Source: an uncultured Phycisphaerales bacterium
GTDB taxonomy: Bacteria; Planctomycetota; Phycisphaerae; Tepidisphaerales; Tepidisphaeraceae
Assembly: GCA_963792535.1 (NCBI GenBank)
Contig: CAWBWQ010000001.1
Location: forward strand, 192,001 to 256,000
Direction: 5' to 3'
DNA length: 64,000 bases
The first letter of the stretch is position 1. Every line of letters starts with the position of its first letter. A program made the position numbers and the translations under genes. This document shows, piece after piece, positions 60,419 to 64,000 of the stretch. The notes under the pieces are model-generated. The model made no database searches and was not told the origin of the DNA. It saw only the letters and a list, made by a program, of their open reading frames with translations.

Positions 60419-62200
60419 ATGGCCGTAATCCTTCAGCAACCCGGTAGATTCCGAAAGCTCTTTGCTGCGCCGGCGTCGGTTGGTGTCGAGTTGTTTGTCA
60501 TCGCCGGCGTTGCTGCGCTGTTTGCCGGATTGGTTTTGATCGGGGAGCGCGCCACCGCGAAGATGCCGGAACGGTTTACACTTCGGCCTGAACTGAGATT
60601 CTTACCTCTTTACACTGCCTTCACACTGCTTCGCGGAATCGTTGCGTATATGTTGTCGCTGGCCTTCACTCTGGTCTATGGCATCGTTGCAGCCCATAGC
60701 CGCCGAGCGGAAAAGATCATGCTGCCCGTGCTGGACGTGCTCCAGTCGCTGCCGGTGCTGACGTTCCTTCCCGGGCTGTATCTGCTGTTTGCCGACATGT
60801 TCCCGCACAGGCAGATCGGGCTGGAACTCGCGTGCATTATTACCATCTTCACGGCCCAGGCGTGGAATATGTGTTTTAGTTTCTTCGGTTCGGTGCGCGG
60901 TATTCCCGCACCGCTTCGCGAGGTGGCAGCGATTCAAAACCTGAATGCCTGGCAGGTTTTTCGCATGCTGGAAGTGCCTGCCAGCATGATCGGGCTGGTC
61001 TGGAATTCAATGATCTCGATGGCGGGGGGATGGTTCTTCATCGCCACCAGCGAGACTTTCGACAAATATAAATTGCCCGGCCTGGGATCGTATATGAGCG
61101 ATGCCCAGGATTCAGGCAACAAGATCCACCAGCTGGCAGCGGTCATCGCAATGGTGCTCATGATCGTAGGGCTCGATCAACTGCTGTGGCGTCCAATCGT
61201 AGTCTGGTCCGAGCGATTCAAACTTGAAGATATCTCATCGGGTGATCCCCCGCGGTCGTGGGTTGTGGACCTGCTGGGCCATTCCCGCCTGGTGGTCTGG
61301 GCTCGCAAGTTGGCGACGCGCCGGCGACAGGCGCGCGCCATTCACGTCGCCGCCCGCAAGGCTCCGAGTCCAGAAAAAATACAACAGCGCCGGCAACTGT
61401 CCGCTTTTGTCAGCAAGGCCCTGACCGCCATCGTGCTGCTGGCGCTAACGGCTGGTTTGCTATGGGGTGCGTGGGCTTTGTTCTCTTTGCTGCGACGTGT
61501 GCCAATTGTCGATCACTCACCGCCGCCCTCGGATGGTGTTTGGTATCCGATGGACTGGCGATCCATTGCGCTCGGCCTGGGCGCCTCGTTCCTGCGCGTT
61601 ACCGCTACCGTGGTGGTAGGCGCTGCCTGGACTCTGCCGGCTGGCATCCTGATCGGGCTTAACCCCAAATGGTCGCAACGCCTGCAGCCGGTCATTCAGG
61701 TGGTGGGAAGCTTTCCCGCACCCATGCTGTTCCCGTGGGTGGTGATTTTGCTGGCTCTTTTACACGTTCCCTTTTCCATCGGCTGCATCTCGCTGCTGCT
61801 GCTCGGCACGCAGTGGTACGTGCTGTTTAATGTGATCGCCGGCGCGATGGCGATTCCCAATGATCTTCGCGAAGTCGGCCGGGTCAATCACCTGGGTCGA
61901 TGGTTCACCTGGCGCAGCCTCTATATTCCCGCGGTTTTTCCCTATCTGGTGACCGGCCTGCTGACGGCAACCGGTGGCGCGTGGAACGCAACAATCGTAG
62001 CTGAATATTTTTCAATGGGCGGCCAGGAGCGGGCCACCTTTGGGCTCGGAAGCATGATCGTCCTGGCGACCCAGAACAAAAACTTTCCCGTGCTCGCCGC
62101 CTCGGCCCTGACCATGGCCATTTTCGTGGTGGTGGTCAATCGCCTGGTCTGGAAGAGGCTCGGTCGCATTGCGGAGTCGCGGTATAGTTTGAATGTGTAG
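60419..62200 (+). CDS. NitT/TauT-type ABC permease with two fused TMD modules
   Basis: LDVLQSLP, QAWNM, WNSMISMAGGWFF, QWYVLFN, GGAWNATIVAE. Confidence 0.88.
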   Translation: MAVILQQPGRFRKLFAAPASVGVELFVIAGVAALFAGLVLIGERATAKMPERFTLRPELRFLPLYTAFTLLRGIVAYMLSLAFTLVYGIVAAHSRRAEKIMLPVLDVLQSLPVLTFLPGLYLLFADMFPHRQIGLELACIITIFTAQAWNMCFSFFGSVRGIPAPLREVAAIQNLNAWQVFRMLEVPASMIGLVWNSMISMAGGWFFIATSETFDKYKLPGLGSYMSDAQDSGNKIHQLAAVIAMVLMIVGLDQLLWRPIVVWSERFKLEDISSGDPPRSWVVDLLGHSRLVVWARKLATRRRQARAIHVAARKAPSPEKIQQRRQLSAFVSKALTAIVLLALTAGLLWGAWALFSLLRRVPIVDHSPPPSDGVWYPMDWRSIALGLGASFLRVTATVVVGAAWTLPAGILIGLNPKWSQRLQPVIQVVGSFPAPMLFPWVVILLALLHVPFSIGCISLLLLGTQWYVLFNVIAGAMAIPNDLREVGRVNHLGRWFTWRSLYIPAVFPYLVTGLLTATGGAWNATIVAEYFSMGGQERATFGLGSMIVLATQNKNFPVLAASALTMAIFVVVVNRLVWKRLGRIAESRYSLNV

Positions 62201-62232
62201 AACCACGCCGACCGGCTGGTCTGGAGATAAAC

Positions 62233-63617
62233 ATGACACAAACGCTGGCTGCACAATCACCAACCGCGACAGGCTCTTTCGTCGCCGAGGTTCGAAATGT
62301 CACCGTCAACTTCGGGCAGGATGGCGCTGTCCGCACCGTGCTGGAGGATGTGACACTGGGGATCCGGCCCGGCGAAGTGCTGGCGCTGCTGGGCCCCAGC
62401 GGTTGCGGCAAGTCTACCCTGCTTCGCGCAATGGTGGGCTTGACTCAAATCACCAGCGGAGAGGTTCTGACACATGGCAAACCGCTGGTGGGAATCAACC
62501 CGGGCGTGTCCATCGTCTTTCAGAATTTCGCGCTGTTCCCGTGGCTGACCGTCCAGGAAAACGTTCGGCTCGCGCTAAACGGGCTGGGGCTCGGCGAAGA
62601 TGAGGGAACCGAACGCGTCAAGCGCTGTATTGACATTGTCGGCCTGGAAGGATTTGAAGAGGCATACCCCAAGGAACTTTCTGGTGGGATGAAGCAGCGC
62701 GTCGGCTTCGCCCGGGCGATGGCCCGCGGACCGGAATTGCTCTGCATGGACGAACCGTTTAGCGCCCTGGATGTCTTTACCGCGGAAAGCTTGAGAAGCG
62801 AAATCTACCGGTTGTTTTCCAGGAGGTCAGACAGCGTCACCCAAGCCGCCGCCGCCGAACTGCCGCGATCCGCAGCGTGATGATCATCACACATTCGATC
62901 GAAGAGGCGGTATTCCTCGCCGATCGCATCGTAGTGCTTGCGAGCAAGCCGGGGCGCATTCAGCAGGTCATTCAAAACGATGTTGCGCACCCGCGCGAGT
63001 ATCAATCACCGACTTTTTTGCGCCTGGTCAAGCGAATTCACGATTGCATTACCGCACAGCAGTTGCCTGAACCCGCTGCAATACCACCAGCCGAAAACAC
63101 CCCCGGCGGCATGCCCATTCCTGAACCGCTGCCCAGCGTCAATATCGGTCATGTCGCTGGTCTGATGGAAATCATCCGCGATCATGGCGGTGAGATGGAT
63201 ATCTTCGGGCTCGACCAGCTCACCGACTATGATTTCGGTCATACGCTTTCGGTGGTCAAGGCCGGCGAGATGTTGGACCTGCTCGACACGCCGAAGAATA
63301 AGGTAATTCTCACCGATATTGGCCGCCGGTACCTCGACGGTGACATCAATGCCCGCAAGGTGCTGTTCCGCGAGCAGCTTCGGCAGCTGGGCACATTCCG
63401 GTTCGTGATCCGCCTGCTGGAAGACGCCAAGGACCACCGCCTGCCGCGTGATGTGGTCATCGAAGAACTCGCGATCCGGCTCACGACCGAGGACATCGAA
63501 AAGATGTTCAACATCGTCGTCACCTGGGGCCGATTCGCAGAATTATTCGGATATTCGCCGGACGAAGAAGTGCTTTATCTCGACACCGAGTCGTCGAGTT
63601 CAACGCCCGCAAGCTGA
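62233..63617 (+). CDS. NitT/TauT-type ABC ATPase with a C-terminal AAA-associated domain (frameshift ~62864)
   Basis: GPSGCGKST, LSGGMKQRVG, DEPFSALD, then ITHSIEEAV...WGRFAELF. Confidence 0.88.
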
Positions 63618-63664
63618 TTTCCCGATCCGCGCCAGCGTGCATATAATTTACAGCGAGGTGTTCA

Positions 63665-63883
63665 ATGTCTGATGTCATCATTCAAGGCAATTGGGATGAT
63701 TTAGTGACCCGCCAGGATCTGCGGGGTCGCAGGGTCCGCGTCATTGTCATCGACGAAGAACAGCCAGGTAACCCATGGCTCAAGAGCCTCCACGCCTGGG
63801 CTAACAGCCACCAGCCTCTGGGTTATTCAGTCGACGACAGCCGCGAGAGCATCTACTGCGGCACGGTGGATGACCCCCGATGA
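63665..63883 (+). CDS. Putative antitoxin of a PIN/VapC toxin
   Basis: GAGGT RBS; RVRVIV...W...H...DDSRESIY; ATGA overlap with a PIN-like ORF. Confidence 0.65.
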   Translation: MSDVIIQGNWDDLVTRQDLRGRRVRVIVIDEEQPGNPWLKSLHAWANSHQPLGYSVDDSRESIYCGTVDDPR

Positions 63884-63978
63884 TCCTGGTTGATACCAAC
63901 ATCCCACTGCGCATTGCGCAGGCAGGCCAGATTCAATCCCTCAACCCCTTCGACGTGCTGGCCATTCCCAGAACCTGA
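63880..63978 (+). pseudogene. Internally deleted PIN/VapC toxin remnant (32 aa)
   Basis: MILVDTNIPLRIAQAGQIQSLNPFDVLAIPRT*: PIN N-terminal motif fused to a PIN-like C-terminal tail. Confidence 0.65.
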
Positions 63979-64000
63979 TTCGACACGCCAGCCATACAAC

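Noticed and set aside
1..64000. CRISPR array, cas genes, rRNA, transposase, reverse transcriptase
   Set aside because: No regularly spaced repeats or diagnostic protein motifs seen in any frame

Overview
A ~57-60% GC bacterial chromosomal segment, most likely Planctomycetota (Phycisphaerae/Tepidisphaerales-like). That assignment is inferred from a prepilin/DUF1559-type protein, an 'EPLExR' extracellular protein, a WD40 protein, a Uma2 protein and a planctomycete-type HTH-membrane protein. The window is mostly housekeeping: xylB, rpsU, tyrS, purN, pdxH, purF, trmL, mutM, speA, ispG, argC, tatD, coaX, rnc, infC, tlyA-like, gnd, zwf, tRNA-Asp(GTC) and several transporters. About two dozen apparent single-base frameshifts break otherwise intact genes, including purF and zwf, so most are probably long-read indel errors and split ORFs are reported here as single genes. 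No CRISPR array, rRNA, integrase or transposase was found. The most interesting items are: (1) an XRE-cupin / APC permease / MOSC / MOSC operon with two visible operator palindromes; (2) a ~1300-aa secreted Ig-like protein enclosing an unrecognised helical domain; (3) a low-GC-flanked phage/island-like 'STGP..GK..S.NA.KHG' module; (4) a repeated leaderless-promoter architecture; (5) terminator-like structures in the 5' leaders of speA and rpsU; (6) a HigBA pair with a clear operator and an internally deleted PIN toxin. All calls come from reading the sequence and recognising motifs; no database searches were run.
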